Counted from the first letter of the stretch, positions 41,001 to 55,823 are shown. The stretch: 64,000 nucleotides of DNA from Eledone cirrhosa (GCA_964016885.1 OZ024765.1:9920001-9984000); one strand, 5' to 3'. Notes: generated from the letters alone by a model not told the origin. Translations and numbers: made by a program.

Positions 41001-44000
41001 GGTATGTTGACATACAGCTAGGCTTATGTTGACATACAGCTAGGCTTATGTTGACATACAGCTAGGGATATGTTGACACGTAGCTAGGCTTATGTTGACA
41101 TACAGCTAGACATTTTCACATATAGCCAGGGATATGTTGACATACAGCTAGGCTTATGTTGACATACAGCTAGGGATATGTTGACACGTAGCTAGGCTTA
41201 TGTTGACATACAGCTAGACATTTTCACATATAGCCAGGGATATGTTGACATACAGCTAGGCTTATGTTGACATACAGCTTGGGATATGCTGACACATAGC
41301 TAGGCTTATGTTGACATACAGCTAGACATGTTCACATATAGGTAGGGATATGTTGACATACAGCTAGGCTCATGTTGACATACAGCTAGGGATATGTTCA
41401 CACATAGCTAGGCTTATGTTGACATACAGCTAGACATGTTCAAATTTAGGTAGGGATATGTTGACATACAGCTAGGCTTATTTTGACATACAGCTAGGGA
41501 TATGTTGATACATAGCTAGGCTTATGTTGACATACAGCTAGGGATATGTTGACACATAGCTAGGCTTATGTTGACATACAGCTAGACATGTTCACATATA
41601 GGTAGGGATATGTTGACATACAGCTAGGCTTATGTTGACATACAGCTAGGGATATGTTGACACATAGCTAGGCTTAAGTTGACATACAGATAAACATGTT
41701 CACATATAGGTAGGGGTATGTTGACATACAGCTAGGCTTATGTTGACATACAGCTAGGGATATGTTGACACATAGCTAGGCTTATGTTGACATACAGCTA
41801 GACATGTTCACATATAGGTAGGGATATGTTGACATACAGCTAGGCTTATGTTGACATACAGCTAGGCTTATGTTCACATACAGCTAGGGATATGCTGACA
41901 CATAGCTAGGCTTATGTTGACATACAGCTAGACATGTTCACATATAGCTAGGGATATGTTGACATACAGCTAGGTTTATGTTGACATACGGCTAGGGATA
42001 TGTTGACACATAGCTAGGCTTATGTTGACATACAGCTAAAGATGTTCACATATAGGTAGGGGTATGTTGACATACAGGTAGGCTTATGTTGACATACAGC
42101 TAGGGATATGTTGACACGTAGCTAGGCTTATGTTGACATACAGCTAGACATGTTCACATATAGCTAGGGATATGTTGACATACAGCTAGGCTTATGTTGA
42201 CATACAGCTAGGGATATGCTGACACGTAGCTAGGCTTATGTTGACATACAGCTAGACATGTTCACATATAGCTAGGGATATGTTGACATACAGCTAGGGA
42301 TATGTTGACACGTAGCTAGGCTTATGTTGACATACAGCTAGACATTTTCACATATAGCTAGGGATATGTTGACATACAGCTAGGCTTATGTTGACATACA
42401 GCTAGGGATATGCTGACACGTAGCTAGGCTTATGTTGACATACAGCTAGACATGTTCACATATAGCTAGGGATATGTTGACATACAGCTAGGCTTATGTT
42501 GACATCCAGCTAGGGATATGCTGACACATAGCTAGGCTTATGTTGACATACAGCTAGACATGTTCACATATAGCTAGGGATATGTTGACATACAGCTAGG
42601 CTTATGTTGACATACAGCTAGAGATATGTTGACACATAGCTAGGCTTATGTTGACATACAGCTAAACATGTTCACATATAGGTAGGGGTATGTTGACATA
42701 CAGCTAGGCTTATCTTGACATACAGCTAGGCTTATGTTGACATACAGCTAGGGATATGTTGACACATAGCTAGGCTTATGTTGACATGCAGCTAGACATG
42801 TTCACATATAGCTAGGGATATGTTGACATACAGCTAGACTTATGTTGACATACAGCTAGGGGTATGCTGACACATAGCTAGCCTTATGTTGACATACAGC
42901 TAGACATGTTCACATATAGCTAGGGATATGTTGACATACAGATAGGCTTATGTTGACATACGGCTAGGGATATGTTGACACATAGCTAGGCTTATGTTGA
43001 CATACAGCTAAACATGTTCACATATAGGTAGGGGTATGTTGACATACAGCTAGGCTTATGTTGACATACAGCTAGGCTTATGTTGACATACAGCTAGGGA
43101 TATGTTGACACGTAGCTAGGCTTATGTTGACATACAGCTAGACATGTTCACATATAGCTAGGGATATGTTGACATACAGCTAGGCTTATGTGGACATACA
43201 GCTAGGGATATGCTGACACATAGCTAGGCTTATGTTGACATACAGCTAGACATGTTCACATATAGCTAGGGATATGTTGACATACAGCTAGGCTTATGTT
43301 GACATACAGCTAGGGATATGTTGACACGTAGCTAGGCTTATGTTGACATACAGCTAGACATGTTCACATATAGCTAGGGATATGTTGACATACAGCTAGG
43401 CTTATGTTGACATACAGCTAGGCTTATGTTGACATACAGCTAGGGATATGTTGACACATAGCTAGGCTTATGTTGACATACAGCTAGACATGTTCACATA
43501 TAGCTAGGGATATGTTGACATACAGCTAGGCTTATGTTGACATACAGCTAGGCTTATGTTGACATACAGCTAGGCTTATGTTGACATACAGCTAGGCTTA
43601 TGTTAACATACGGCTAAGGATATGTTGACACATAGCTAGGCTTATGTTGACATACAGCTAGACATGTTCACATATAGCTAGGGATATGTTGACATACAGC
43701 TAGGCTTATGTTGACATACAGCTAGGGATATGCTGACACGTAGCTAGGCTTATGTTGACATACAGCTAGACATTTTCACATATAGCTAGGGATATGTTGA
43801 CATACAGTTAGGCTTATGTTGACATACAGCTAGGGATATGCTGACACGTAGCTAGGCTTATGTTGACATACAGCTAGACATGTTCACATATAGCTAGGGA
43901 TATGTTGACATACAGCTAGGCTTATGTTGACATACAGCTATGGATATGCTGACACATAGCTAGGCTTATGTTGACATACAGCTAGACATGTTCACATATA

Positions 44001-47000
44001 GCTAGGGATATGTTGACATACAGCTAGGCTTATGTTGACATACAGCTAGGGATATGTTGACACGTAGCTAGGCTTATGTTGACACGTAGCTAGGCTTATG
44101 TGGACATACAGCTAGACATGTTCACATATAGCTAGGGATATGTTGACATACATCTAGGCTTATGTTGACATACAGCTAGGGATATGTTGACACATAGCTA
44201 GGCTTATGTTGACATACAGCTAAACATGTTCACATATAGCTAGGGATATGTTGACATACAGCTAGGCTTATGTTGACATACAGCTAGGGATATGTTGACA
44301 CGTAGCTAGGTTTATGTTTACATACAGCTAGACATGTTCACATATAGCTAGGGATATGTTGACATACAGCTAGGCTTATGTTGACATACAGCTAGGGATA
44401 TGGTGACACGTAGCTAGGTTTATGTTTACATACAGCTAGACATGTTCACATATAGCTAGGGATATGTTGACATACAGCTAGGCTTATGTTGACATACAGC
44501 TAGGGATATGCTGACACATAGCTAGGCTTATGTTGACATACAGCTAGACATGTTCACATATAGCTAGGGATATGTTGACATACAGCTAGGCTTATGTTGA
44601 CATACAGCTAGGGATATGCTGACACATAGCTAGGCTTATGTTGACATACAGCTAGACATATTCACATATAGCTAGGATATGTTGACATACAGCTAGGCTT
44701 ATGTTGACATACAGCTAGGGATATGTTGACACGTAGCTAGGCTTATGTTGACATACAGCTAGACATGTTCACATATAGCTAGGGATATGTTGACATACAG
44801 CTAGGCTTATGTTGACATACAGCTAGGGATATGTTGACACATAGCTAGGCTTATATTGACATACAGCTAAACATGTTCACATATAGGTAGAGGTATGTTG
44901 ACATACAGCTAGGCTTATGTTGACATACAGCTAGGGATATGTTGACACGTAGCTAGGCTTATGTTGACATACAGCTAGGGATATGCTGACACAGCTAGGC
45001 TTATGTTGACATACAGCTAGACATGTTCACATATAGCTAGGGATATGTTGACATACAGCTAGGCTTATGTTGACATACAGCTAGGGATATGTTGACACAT
45101 AGCTAGGCTTATGTTGACATACAGCTAAACATGTTCACATATAGGTAGGGGTATGTTGACATACAGCTAGGCTTATGTTGACATACAGCTAGGCTTATGT
45201 TGACATACAGCTAGGGATATGTTGACACGTAGCTAGGCTTATGTTGACATACAGCTAGACATGTTCACATATAGCTAGGGATATGTTGACATACAGCTAG
45301 GCTTATGTTGACATACAGCTAGGGATATGCTGACACATAGCTAGGCTTATGTTGACATACAGCTAGACATGTTCACATATAGGTAAGGATATGTTGACAT
45401 ACAGCTAGGCTTATGTTGACATACAGCTGGACATGTTCACATATAGGTAGCGATATGTTGACATACAGCTAGGCTTATGTTGACATACAGCTAGGGATAT
45501 GTTGACACATAGCTAGGCTTATGTTGACATACAGCTAGGCTTATGTTGACATACAGCTAGGCTTATGTTGACATACAGCTAGGCTTATGTTGACATACAG
45601 CTAGGCTTATGTTGACATACAGCTAAGGATATGTTGACACATAGCTAGGCTTATGTTGACATACAGCTAGACATGTTCACATATAGCTAGGGATATGTTG
45701 ACATACAGCTAGGCTTATGTTGACATACAGCTAGGGATATGCTGACACGTAGCTAGGCTTATGTTGACATACAGCTAGACATTTTCACATATAGCTAGGG
45801 ATATGTTGACATACAGTTAGGCTTATGTTGACATACAGCTAGGGATATGCTGACACATAGCTAGGCTTATGTTGACATACAGCTAGACATGTTCACACAT
45901 AGCTAGGGATATGTTGACATACAGCTAGGCTTATGTTGACATACAGCTATGGATATGCTGACACATAGCTAGGCTTATGTTGACATACAGCTAGACATGT
46001 TCACATATAGCTAGGGATATGTTGACATACAGCTAGGCTTATGTTGACATACAGCTAGGGATATGTTGACACGTAGCTAGGCTTATGTTGACACGTAGCT
46101 AGGCTTATGTGGACATACAGCTAGACATGTTCACATATAGCTAGGGATATGTTGACATACATCTAGGCTTATGTTGACATACAGCTAGGGCTATGTTGAC
46201 ACATAGCTAGGCTTATGTTGACATACAGCTAAACATGTTCACATATAGCTAGGGATATGTTGACATACAGCTAGGCTTATGTTGACATACAGCTAGGGAT
46301 ATGTTGACACGTAGCTAGGTTTATGTTTACATACAGCTAGACATGTTCACATATAGCTAGGGATATGTTGACATACAGCTAGGCTTATGTTGACATACAG
46401 CTAGTGATATGCTGACACATAGCTAGGCTTATGTTGACATACAGCTAGACATGTTCACATATAGCTAGGGATATGTTGACATACAGCTAGGCTTATGTTG
46501 ACATACAGCTAGGGATATGCTGACACATAGCTAGGCTTATGTTGACATACAGCTAGACATATTCACATATAGCTAGGATATGTTGACATACAGCTAGGCT
46601 TATGTTGACATACAGCTAGGGATATGTTGACACGTAGCTAGGCTTATGTTGACATACAGCTAGACATGTTCACATATAGCTAGGGATATGTTGACATACA
46701 GCTAGGCTTATGTTGACATACAGCTAGGGATATGTTGACACATAGCTAGGCTTATGTTGACATACAGCTAAACATGTTCACATATAGGTAGAGGTATGTT
46801 GACATACAGCTAGGCTTATGTTGACATACAGCTAGGGATATGTCGATACGTAGCTAGGCTTATGTTAACATGCAGCTAGACATGTTCACATATAGCTAGG
46901 GATATGTTGACATACAGCTAGGCTTATGTTGACATACAGCTAGGGATATGTTGACACGTAGCTAGGCTTATGTTGACATACAGCTAGACATGTTCACATA

Positions 47001-50000
47001 TAGCTAGGGATATGTTGACATACAGCTAGGCTTATGTCGACATACAGCTAGGGATATGCTGACACATAGCTAGGCTTATGTTGACATACAGCTAGACATG
47101 TTCACATATAGCTAGGGATATGTTGACATACAGCTAGGCTTATGTTGACATACAGCTAGGGATATGCTGACACATAGCTAGGCTTATGTTGACATACAAC
47201 TAGACATGTTCACATATAGCTAGGGATATGTTGACGTACAGCTAGGCTTATGTTGACATACAGCTAGGGATATGTTGACACGTAGCTAGGCTTATGTTGA
47301 CATACAGCTAGACATGTTCACATATAGCTAGGGATATGTTGACATACAGCTAGGCTTATGTTGACATACAGCTAGGGATATGTTGACACGTAGCTAGGCT
47401 TATGTTGACATACAGCGAGACATGTTCACATATAGCTAGGGATATGTTGACATACAGCTAGGCGTATGTTGACATACAGCTAGGCTTATGTTGACATACA
47501 GCTAGGGATATGTTGACACGTAGCTAGGCTTATGTTGACATACAGCTAGGGATATGCTGACACAGCTAGGCTTATGTTGACATACAACTAGACATGTTCA
47601 CATATAGCTAGGGATATGTTGACGTACAGCTAGGCTTATGTTGACATACAGCTAGGGATATGTTGACACGTAGCTAGGCTTATGTTGACATACAGCTAGA
47701 CATGTTCACATATAGCTAGGGATATGTTGACATACAGCTAGGCTTATGTTGACATACAGCTAGGGATATGTTGACACGTAGCTAGGCTTATGTTGACATA
47801 CAGCTAGACATGTTCACGTATAGCTAGGGATATGTTGACATACAGCTAGGCGTATGTTGACATACAGCTAGGCTTATGTTGACATACAGCTAGGGATATG
47901 TTGACACGTAGCTAGGCTTATGTTGACATACAGCTAGGGATATGCTGACACAGCTAGGCTTATGTTGACATACAGCTAGACATGTTCACATATAGCTAGG
48001 GATATGTTGACATACAGCTAGGCTTATGTTGACATACAGCTAGGGATATGTTGACACATAGCTAGGCTTATGTTGACATACAGCTAAACATGTTCACATA
48101 TAGGTAGGGGTATGTTGACATACAGCTAGGCTTATGTTGACATACAGCTAGGCTTATGTTGACATACAGCTAGGGATATGTTGACACGTAGCTAGGCTTA
48201 TGTTGACATACAGCTAGACATGTTCACATATAGCTAGGGATATGTTGACATACAGCTAGGCTTATGTTGACATACAGCTAGGGATATGCTGACACATAGC
48301 TAGGCTTATGTTGACATACAGCTAGACATGTTCACATATAGGTAAGGATATGTTGACATACAGCTAGGCTTATGTTGACATACAGCTGGACATGTTCACA
48401 TATAGGTAGCGATATGTTGACATACAGCTAGGCTTATGTTGACATACAGCTAGGGATATGTTGACACATAGCTAGGCTTATGTTGACATACAGCTAGGCT
48501 TATGTTGACATACAGCTAGGCTTATGTTGACATACAGCTAGGCTTATGTTGACATACAGCTAGGCTTATGTTGACATACAGCTAAGGATATGTTGACACA
48601 TAGCTAGGCTTATGTTGACATACAGCTAGACATGTTCACATATAGCTAGGGATATGTTGACATACAGCTAGGCTTATGTTGACATACAGCTAGGGATATG
48701 CTGACACGTAGCTAGGCTTATGTTGACATACAGCTAGACATTTTCACATATAGCTAGGGATATGTTGACATACAGTTAGGCTTATGTTGACATACAGCTA
48801 GGGATATGCTGACACATAGCTAGGCTTATGTTGACATACAGCTAGACATGTTCACATATAGCTAGGGATATGTTGACATACAGCTAGGCTTATGTTGACA
48901 TACAGCTATGGATATGCTGACACATAGCTAGGCTTATGTTGACATACAGCTAGACATGTTCACATATAGCTAGGGATATGTTGACATACAGCTAGGCTTA
49001 TGTTGACATACAGCTAGGGATATGTTGACACGTAGCTAGGCTTATGTTGACACGTAGCTAGGCTTATGTGGACATACAGCTAGACATGTTCACATATAGC
49101 TAGGGATATGTTGACATACATCTAGGCTTATGTTGACATACAGCTAGGGCTATGTTGACACATAGCTAGGCTTATGTTGACATACAGCTAAACATGTTCA
49201 CATATAGCTAGGGATATGTTGACATACAGCTAGGCTTATGTTGACATACAGCTAGGGATATGTTGACACGTAGCTAGGTTTATGTTTACATACAGCTAGA
49301 CATGTTCACATATAGCTAGGGATATGTTGACATACAGCTAGGCTTATGTTGACATACAGCTAGGGATATGCTGACACATAGCTAGGCTTATGTTGACATA
49401 CAGCTAGACATGTTCACATATAGCTAGGGATATGTTGACATACAGCTAGGCTTATGTTGACATACAGCTAGGGATATGCTGACACATAGCTAGGCTTATG
49501 TTGACATACAGCTAGACATATTCACATATAGCTAGGATATGTTGACATACAGCTAGGCTTATGTTGACATACAGCTAGGGATATGTTGACACGTAGCTAG
49601 GCTTATGTTGACATACAGCTAGACATGTTCACATATAGCTAGGGATATGTTGACATACAGCTAGGCTTATGTTGACATACAGCTAGGGATATGTTGACAC
49701 ATAGCTAGGCTTATGTTGACATACAGCTAAACATGTTCACATATAGGTAGAGGTATGTTGACATACAGCTAGGCTTATGTTGACATACAGCTAGGGATAT
49801 GCTGACACATAGCTAGGCTTATGTTGACATACAACTAGACATGTTCACATATAGCTAGGGATATGTTGACGTACAGCTAGGCTTATGTTGACATACAGCT
49901 AGGGATATGTTGACACGTAGCTAGGCTTATGTTGACATACAGCTAGACATGTTCACATATAGCTAGGGATATGTTGACATACAGCTAGGCTTATGTTGAC

Positions 50001-50740
50001 ATACAGCTAGGGATATGTTGACACGTAGCTAGGCTTATGTTGACATACAGCGAGACATGTTCACATATAGCTAGGGATATGTTGACATACAGCTAGGCGT
50101 ATGTTGACATACAGCTAGGCTTATGTTGACATACAGCTAGGGATATGTTGACACGTAGCTAGGCTTATGTTGACATACAGCTAGGGATATGCTGACACAG
50201 CTAGGCTTATGTTGACATACAGCTAGACATGTTCACATATAGCTAGGGATATGTTGACATACAGCTAGGCTTATGTTGACATACAGCTAGGGATATGTTG
50301 ACACATAGCTAGGCTTATGTTGACATACAGCTAAACATGTTCACATATAGGTAGGGGTATGTTGACATACAGCTAGGCTTATGTTGACATACAGCTAGGC
50401 TTATGTTGACATACAGCTAGGGATATGTTGACACGTAGCTAGGCTTATGTTGACATACAGCTAGACATGTTCACATATAGCTAGGGATATGTTGACATAC
50501 AGCTAGGCTTATGTTGACATACAGCTAGGGATATGCTGACACATAGCTAGGCTTATGTTGACATACAGCTAGACATGTTCACATATAGGTAGGGATATGT
50601 TGACATACAGCTAGGCTTATGTTGACATACAGCTGGACATGTTCACATATAGGTAGCGATATGTTGACATACAGCTAGGCTTATGTTGACATACAGCTAG
50701 GGATATGTTGACATATAGCTTAGGCTTATGTTGACATACA
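32055..50740. repeat. Intronic satellite: 22-bp monomer (taggcttatgttgacatacagc and variants) with a 108-bp higher-order unit (4x22+20) and kb-scale block duplications
   Basis: Monomer period of 22 read directly (32261 to 32283); the 20-bp variant tagacatgttcacatatagc recurs at 108 bp (33671 to 33779); rare variants recur at a 1860-bp offset (32961/34821, 33561/35421). Confidence 0.98.
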
Positions 50741-50894
50741 GAGAGAGAAAGAGAGGGAGGAATAGCGACGGAAAAATGAAGAGGGAGAGAAAGAAGGGTG
50801 GAAGGGGAGATAGAGAGATGGGGAAAGAAAGAGAGGGCAGATATATATATAGAGAGGGGGGGAGAGAAAGAGAGAGAAAGAGAGTGATATTTAC

Positions 50895-50982
50895 CTGAGA
50901 ATATGCATCTGTGAACATGAATTCTTTGAGGTAATGTCCAATAGTATCCAAAAGGCAGCGAACCGTGAGAGATCCATAAGCA
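50895..50982 (-). CDS. PANK4: PANK4 exon (C)AYGSLTVRCLLDTIGHYLKEFMFTDAYSQ
   Basis: tttccAG acceptor and GTaaat donor; 88 nt; AYGxLTVRxLLDT motif. Confidence 0.93.
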
Positions 50983-51259
50983 CTGGAAATAGGAACAGAA
51001 TTTAGCCTATATTAACCCTTTTGTTACCCTATGATAAAAAGCACCCAGTACACACTGTAAAGTGGTCATGGAGGGACACATGCACTCTGTGAGGGCCTCA
51101 CATACCCTAATTCCACTATAGTGAGCTGGTTGCAACACCTGTGGGATGTCATGTGATTGATATATTGAAAGAAGCAGCAATAACAACAATACAAACAACA
51201 ACAACAACCACAACAACAGTAACAACAACACATATAATGAACTACATGAGTAACTCTAC

Positions 51260-51372
51260 CATGGGTTTTCATCCAGTTCTTTTAATCTATGGAGGTATTT
51301 CGTTTTAAACTTTGTTGCTCTTTCTACGGCATCAATTCTGTTATCTTCACTCTTCACGGCCTGTTCTGTTAT
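51260..51372 (-). CDS. PANK4: PANK4 exon ITEQAVKSEDNRIDAVERATKFKTKYLHRLKELDENP
   Basis: ctccAG acceptor and GTagag donor; 113 nt, ends in phase 2; resembles the DAxERAxKFxxKY motif. Confidence 0.92.
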
Positions 51373-51387
51373 CTGGAGACAGAAAGG

Positions 51388-51418
<31 letters not shown>

Positions 51419-51424
51419 TATAGC

Positions 51425-51740
51425 TAGAATAAGGAGCAGATATTGCAACAGCCTGGGATTCAAGGGCCCTTAACTCTTTAACAAGTTGCCGAGGGTTTTG
51501 AGAGATATGCATGGTGTGGAGGTGGATGTCTTCAAGAAACATCTCGACACCTTGCTATACAGGATCCCGGATGAGCCCACAGCAAGGCACGAGGGAAACC
51601 TAAGGGCAGCAGCAACAAACTCCCTCTTACACCAGTGGCCAACCAATACAGGCTGGAGATAAAATGCGTAGCAACAAGGGCGGTGCCCCAGCATGGCCTC
51701 AGCCGAATGGCTGGAACAGGTAAAAGAGTAAAAGAGAGTC
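51425..51740 (+). mobile_element. CR1/L2-group LINE 3' end
   Basis: Translates as LFNKLPRVLRDMHGVEVDVFKKHLDTLLYRIPDEP...RAAATNSLLHQ, then the tail gggcggtgccccagcatggcctcagcc...gtaaaagagtaaaagag; the same tail occurs at 57301 and 61790. Confidence 0.75.
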
Positions 51741-52479
51741 AGTAGGCACCTTTTATCCAAATATACACCCCAACCCACTACCCCTACTCCATCCTCCCAC
51801 TCCCACCAACACCACCCTTTCTCTGTAAAGTTATGTTGGTACCACAACATCCAGTTCATACTAATGAGGTCGTGTAGGTGACAACAAAAAAACACACAGT
51901 CCACGCTGTAATGTGGCCGTGTAGGTAACACGGTAAAAAGCTCCCAGTCCACACTGTAAACGTGGTTGGTATTAGAAAACCTGCCAGATAGTCAGATACA
52001 AGCGAGATAAAACGGTCACCTGACCAATCTTGCCTCAAGTGGGACAACTCCCGTCTAACCCATGCTAGCGTGGAAGATAGACGTTAAATGATGATGATGA
52101 TAAAAATTAGAATAGGAGAATTAACAACCAAAACCTTGTAAAAGTATTTATTTGTTATCCAAACCACTGTACTACCATTACACCAACACATCACCCATCT
52201 CTGTCCATTCAAATTAGAAGCTACGTTCTTAACAAGTATAATGACAAGTAAGTATGTTTTGAAACAGTGAGTGAGTTTGAAATTAGAAATAGAAGCTTTC
52301 GCTGTATTCTTGACTAAAGAAATTTTAGCCTGATGGTGGAGCTTAGAACCCTTTAAGAAAAGGAAAAAGATGAGTATTGACGTAACTTTTTTCTATATTT
52401 AATCTGCCTGTCACCCCCTGGTGGATTTTCTCTCTGCTGACCACTGGCCGCTGTCCTCTGAGGCATTTTGGCCCAACGG

Positions 52480-52691
52480 TGTCTTTGACAGCATTTAGTT
52501 GTTTTAATGGCTGTTCTATCGATGAATTTTCTAATTTTTATATGTATTCAAACACATTCTTGCTTCATCTCGATCAGAGACGACATTGTTTTGTCATATA
52601 TAGGACATGAAGCAAGAATGTATTTGAATGCATATCAAAATTAGAAAATTCATCGCTAGAACAGCCATTAAAACAACTAAATGCTGTCAAA

Positions 52692-52696
<5 letters not shown>
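52480..52696. repeat. Fold-back element next to (TA)n
   Basis: ~89-bp arms (52480-52568 / 52607-52696). Confidence 0.8.
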
Positions 52697-52740
<44 letters not shown>

Positions 52741-52742
<2 letters not shown>

Positions 52743-53118
52743 AAGGCGGGTAAAATTCCCGAGATCCATGGACGAGTTCTCTCCAGCCGTCTCTGTCCCT
52801 CATTATCGCTGCCATGTCCTGCGTCTCCAACAGACCAGTGTCTGTCCTTAGGGCATCAACATATGTTAACCTTGGTCTTCCTCTTCTAGTGTGTCCATGT
52901 AGGGACTCCCAAAGGAGCACTGAGTGCAATGACACTGACCAAGAAACTCACTCAGATGGTGGATGGGTGCTACACGAGAATGCTGAGGATGGCTCAGAAC
53001 ATTAATCAGTATACACTGAGGATGAAAAACTCAGAGCTGTATGGGAGCATCCCAAAGGTCAGCTCAAAAGTGACACAGAGGAGACTGGGGTTAGCTGGAC
53101 ATGCTCACCGACATCCAG

Positions 53119-53120
<2 letters not shown>
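52741..53120 (-). mobile_element. RTE-clade LINE 3' fragment with internal 5' inversion, inserted in (TA)n
   Basis: - strand LLWE..HGHTRRGRPRLTYVDAL..DTGL..MRDRDGWR; + strand TLTKK..DGCYTRMLRMA..NSELYG..RRLGLAGHAHRHPE. Confidence 0.85.
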
Positions 53121-53160
<40 letters not shown>

Positions 53161-53390
53161 ACAGAGAAAGAGACGATTATGAGGAAGAAAAATTTTTTTT
53201 TTTCCTTTTTTTTGTGTCTCTCTCTTCCTCTTTTCTGGGTTAGAAAATGATTAAAACGAAATGTTTTACTTTGTGTGAAGTGTTAAGGTATTAGTTGATT
53301 TATTTATTATTTAACAATGGCATTTATTTATCTATTTATATATTTAATTATTGTCTATTACCAGTTGCTGCATTTATATGCATTATCAAA

Positions 53391-53456
<66 letters not shown>

Positions 53457-53541
53457 CATGCTAGCATGGAAGATGGACATTAAACGAAGATGATGATGAT
53501 CATGATGATATATATATAATGGTGACTACTGTGTATGTTAC

Positions 53542-53697
53542 CGTGTCCACAATCTGGGCAAAACACTTGAGCCAGTAGCTGCGAGCAGCGGAGTCTTCTG
53601 TGAGGTCAACTGTGTCGGGAGTGTAGGAGCTGATGTCCAAAATAAGGGGACAGGGCGTCAATTCAGAATCCAAATATTCTAACGGAAAACTGTCAAA
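53542..53697 (-). CDS. PANK4: PANK4 exon FDSFPLEYLDSELTPCPLILDISSYTPDTVDLTEDSAARSYWLKCFAQIVDT
   Basis: ttttcAG acceptor and GTaac donor; 156 nt; matches the PANK4 YxPDTVDLTxDxxARxYWLxCF motif. Confidence 0.93.
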
Positions 53698-54150
53698 CTG
53701 AAAATAGAAGCAACAATGAGAAAAACTAAGCCATCATCTCTCATCATCATATAAATATATATACACATACATATATGCCTAATACATTGACTATGCAGTT
53801 CATTCTTCTTCCTTCAAGCGTAAAACTAATACACTTCATGTTTGTTTGTTTCGTGTTTCCTTGACTTATATATATATGTGTGTGTGTGTGTGTCTATATA
53901 TGTATGTATATGTGTATATATGCGTATATGTGTGTATATATATATATATATGTATATGTGTGTGTATATATATATATATGTATATGTGCGTGTGTATATA
54001 TATATATGTATATGTGCGTGTATATATATATATATGTATATGTGCGTGTGTATATATATATATATGTATATGTGCGTGTGTATATATATATATATATATA
54101 TATATTCATTCAAAATATTAACAAAAATAGAACTTCATTGTGATCAAGTA

Positions 54151-54217
54151 TATTTTATTATACATATTTCAGAGGTACTGAGCTAACTTCAACAGTACGT
54201 CCTCATCAGATAAAATA
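54151..54217 (-). ncRNA. Minimal type I hammerhead ribozyme motif
   Basis: tattttat-CTGATGA-ggacgtactg...cagtacctct-GAAA-tatgta-TA-ataaaata (8-bp stem I). Confidence 0.78.
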
Positions 54218-54320
54218 AGATGATACATGACATACCCTGAAGTTAGCTCAGTACTTCTGAAATATGTATAATAAAATATACTTGATCACAATGAAGTTCT
54301 ATTTTAGTTAATATTTTGAA

Positions 54321-54354
<34 letters not shown>

Positions 54355-54441
54355 TAACTCCTGAAAATCATTTCTGTTGAGTGCTTCCAATCTATTGTAA
54401 AACTAATTCTTTGATTTATTCATCGAACCTTGTTTAACCTT

Positions 54442-54511
<70 letters not shown>

Positions 54512-54809
54512 GAGGTTATATTTAATTTGTTGGGTTTATTATATATATATATTTATATATATACAGAATAAAAAGCAAGTAAGCTAATCAAAAGAAGAGA
54601 AAAGTCATTAGTTATGCAAATTACAAGCAGGTAGAGGAAAGGTTATTGTGCTCAATGCATATAGATCGCTAGACGAGCGAGCCATGTGAATAGATGGAAA
54701 AAGAGATAGTTTAACAATTTTAAAATAAGCAGAGCAAAAAATATGATATATGTTGAATATATGTACTTTAAACATGATATATATATATATATACATTCAT
54801 ACATACATG

Positions 54810-55220
54810 GTGGCTGCCAACTCGTTTTCGAGTACGGCCACTACTTTATATCCATGTAGGAGAACCCCTATCGAAGCGCTGAACGAGTGTGACTTTTTAG
54901 TCCAGCCAGCGACTTGAAAACTCTGGTACAAAGACTACACTTGTGACAATTATTGACACATAGTGCTGGGCCCATGGTACCATGTGAGGACAAGTGCAGA
55001 GAGATCTCCAGATATAAAGCAATGCCTGTGCCGTGAAGCTTTTATAGTGAGCAAAGGCACTGCACAAAGCCAGTCCCACTCTCTTAACCAAGATGATATT
55101 TACCAAAAAGAAGAACAAGTCAACATCATTGGATACCATCAGGGTTGCAGGTGTTATATCAGAGTTTTCCTTCTCCTAGAATTCTGCCTTGACAAAGGCT
55201 AAGGGGTCATCTCTCCCGGA
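54810..55220 (-). mobile_element. Possible RTE-related element 5' region inserted in (CATA)n
   Basis: - strand ctaggagaaggaaaactctgat motif, which I recall from RTE 5' UTRs; flanked by catacata on both sides. Confidence 0.4.
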
Positions 55221-55254
55221 CATACATACATACATACATACATACATACATACA

Positions 55255-55290
<36 letters not shown>

Positions 55291-55823
55291 CATATATATA
55301 CATATATAAATACATATATAATATTAAGGATACTATTTATAGTTATGTATATTTTAAACTATAAACAGGAAAGGTCAGTAATTTATTACTACCTTATTAC
55401 CAGTAAGATAAATAGCTCAATGTAATAACATCAGTTGTTCTACAGTGCATTTATATAGAATTCACAAGAATCAAAGCTATGTTCAAAGCATTTATTCGCT
55501 TACAATTGTTTCATCCAAACCTAGTGCTTGTATTACATGTAATACATTGCCACACAATACTCTTATATAAATGAGACACACTTGCATGCTCTATATATGA
55601 CTAACGCATAGACTATCTACTAGATCTGATTATTGGACTATTCTCTTGCATTATCTGTGTTATCTGCCGCATGTATTTTAATTTTGATTTTAAATTTGAA
55701 TTACTATACAAATATAGTATAGTATAATATATGTCGCTCCACTGTACATCAATATATATATATGTATCTGTATGTCTCTTGCGTTGGATAGGAGGTCAAT
55801 TATATGTACAAGCATTAAAAAAT

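Noticed and set aside
26989-53697. Stand-alone DUF89/ARMT1-like gene
   Set aside because: The in-phase upstream exon at 63243-63334 matches the PANK4 inter-domain linker, so the gene continues beyond the window
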